Notes under the pieces: model-generated
What the model was told of the DNA's origin: nothing
What the model saw: only the letters and a program-made list of their open reading frames with translations
Databases searched by the model: none
Position numbers and translations under genes: made by a program
From: a virus
Taxonomy: Duplodnaviria > Caudoviricetes
Virus record (IMG/VR): IMGVR_UViG_3300030372_002245
Span: 568 to 64,567 of that record
DNA: 64,000 nucleotides
Direction: 5' to 3' (one strand)
Shown: one piece after another, positions 62,341-64,000 of the stretch
Numbering within the stretch: position 1 is the first letter of the stretch
How the letters are laid out: each line of letters opens with the position of its first letter

Positions 62341-64000
62341 ATGGCAACTTATGTAAATAATTTAAGACTTAAAGAAATCACTACTGGAGATGAGTCGGGA
62401 ACGTGGGGGACAAGTACCAACACGAATCTCGAGTTGATTGGGGAAGCACTTGGTATAGGCACTGAAGCCATAACTACCAATGCAGATACACATTCAACTA
62501 TTGTAGCAGATGGTCAAGCTGATGCAGGCAGAGCCATGTATCTTAAATACACTGGTGCTTTGGATTCGGATTGTACGATTACAATTACTCCAAACACCAT
62601 GAAACGAGTCCAAATTATAGAAAATGCTACTACAGACTCAGGTAGCTCAGGACCATATAACATAATTATTTCACAAGGTTCTGGAGCAAATGTAACGATT
62701 GCCAATGGTAAGGTAGCAATAGTACAACTCGATGGTGCTGGTTCTGGAGCAGCAGTATTGGATGTTTTGACTGATCTACAAGTTACAGATACTTTATCGG
62801 TTAATGGAACAACCATAACACTTGGTGATGGAACAGCAGAAGATACAAAACTTGTATTCGATGGTAATGCACAAGATTTTTATGTTGGGTTGGATGATTC
62901 AGCCGATGATTTACTTATTGGTTTAGGTTCAACAGTGGGCACTACACCAATTATTTCTGTCGATGAGAACAAAGATGTAGCGATCCCAGATGGCGGATTA
63001 ACCATTACGACAAGCGATAATACCGATCAGCTTTCTCTTGTTTCAACGGATGCTGATGCAGCAGTTGGTCCAAACATTAGAATGTATAGAAACTCAGGCT
63101 CACCAGCAGATAACGATTACATAGGTGAAATACAGTTTGAAGGCAGAAACGATAACTCTCAAGATGTAATTTATGCTGGGATTGCATCGAGGATTGTCGA
63201 TGCTTCCGATGGCACAGAAGATGGTCGTTTCGAGCTTTACACCATTTTAGCTGGTGCGCAAAATTCTAGAGTTCTTGCTAATAGCACAGAAACAGTTCTA
63301 AACGAAGACTCAGTAGATTTAGATTTCAGAGTCGAGAGCAACGGCAATGCCAATATGCTTTTTGTTGATGGCGGTAATGATCGGCTTGGAATCGGTGGGA
63401 ATAGTCCTGATTGTTTAGTAGAAATAACTGGTGCGCATACTTCTAGTATCGGAATGTTGCATTTAGATTCAACAGACCACGCATTTATCGCTTTAGATGC
63501 TGCTGGTGCAACCAACGATAAAGGTATTTACTTTCAAGAAGCTGGAACTTCTCAAGTTATAATAGACCACGATGGTTCAGCCAATCAGTTAAGAATACAC
63601 GATGGTTCTTCTACTCATATGGTTATCACTGATGCTGGACTTGTTGGAATCGGCACTACAAGTCCGAGTACCAATCTACATGTTTATTCAACAGCAGACA
63701 ACGCACCACATCTTCTTTTAGAAAATTACCAAAACGCTGACACAGACGATGCTGCAGTTATTGAGTTGTACTTAAACGATCAAACAACAGGTGGCATTGG
63801 CGATGATACAGATGTTGGTGTTATCCGATTTACAGGTGATGAAAAAGATTCTGGAGGAAAAGAAACTTATGCAGAGATAAGAGGTGTTGCACACGATCCC
63901 GGAAGCGGTTCAAGTAATAAAGGTCATATATCTTTCTTTGTTCAAGCTGCTGGTGATTTAAATGAAACACTTACACTAGATGAAGCAAAAGTTGGCATAA
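62341..64000 (+). CDS. Tail fibre protein, 3'-partial (not in ORF track)
   Basis: GGAG RBS; MATYVNNLRLKEITTGDESGTWG N-terminal anchor; VGIG repeats; frame runs off the window end (...AKVGI). Confidence 0.85.
   Translation, partial: MATYVNNLRLKEITTGDESGTWGTSTNTNLELIGEALGIGTEAITTNADTHSTIVADGQADAGRAMYLKYTGALDSDCTITITPNTMKRVQIIENATTDSGSSGPYNIIISQGSGANVTIANGKVAIVQLDGAGSGAAVLDVLTDLQVTDTLSVNGTTITLGDGTAEDTKLVFDGNAQDFYVGLDDSADDLLIGLGSTVGTTPIISVDENKDVAIPDGGLTITTSDNTDQLSLVSTDADAAVGPNIRMYRNSGSPADNDYIGEIQFEGRNDNSQDVIYAGIASRIVDASDGTEDGRFELYTILAGAQNSRVLANSTETVLNEDSVDLDFRVESNGNANMLFVDGGNDRLGIGGNSPDCLVEITGAHTSSIGMLHLDSTDHAFIALDAAGATNDKGIYFQEAGTSQVIIDHDGSANQLRIHDGSSTHMVITDAGLVGIGTTSPSTNLHVYSTADNAPHLLLENYQNADTDDAAVIELYLNDQTTGGIGDDTDVGVIRFTGDEKDSGGKETYAEIRGVAHDPGSGSSNKGHISFFVQAAGDLNETLTLDEAKVGI

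Noticed and set aside
1-64000. Genome-wide stop-codon reassignment
   Set aside because: TAA, TAG and TGA all end well-formed genes with coupled downstream starts, and conserved enzymes are intact in code 11.
62341-64000. Diversity-generating retroelement acting on the tail fibre
   Set aside because: No reverse transcriptase and no adenine-mismatched template/variable repeat pair seen.

Overview
The window is most or all of an AT-rich dsDNA tailed-phage genome, resembling uncultured marine podovirus-like phages. It starts in the C-terminus of a tail fibre and ends in the N-terminus of one, so it is probably a circularly permuted, near-complete genome. Layout: tail and exported-protein genes (1-8.7 kb); putative internal virion/ejection proteins (8.9-17.6 kb); a single minus-strand SNF2 helicase (the ORF track mislabels it +); replication and nucleotide modification (19.4-32.5 kb: SSB-like, AEP primase, AlkB, UvrD, glycosylase-like, SAM methyltransferase, 5-hmdU DNA kinase-like, thymidylate synthase-family enzyme, Leu762 PolA); an array of small early genes behind repeated promoter/RBS cassettes (32.5-43 kb, with dUTPase); terS, an odd repeat-rich region and orphan genes (43-49.6 kb); then terL, portal, GroES, scaffold, major capsid and head-tail genes. 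Top leads: (1) a thymidine-hypermodification-type operon with a small-molecule-type methyltransferase and no recognisable amino acid:DNA transferase; (2) a ~260-nt multi-stem, pseudoknotted intergenic RNA candidate at 34.87-35.13 kb; (3) two inverted copies of a ~170-bp iteron-like element 24 kb apart; (4) several structured leaders, including a pseudoknot after the capsid gene. I saw no tRNA, CRISPR array, integrase, reverse transcriptase, RNA polymerase or endolysin. All family calls come from motif recognition by eye; no database search or folding program was run.
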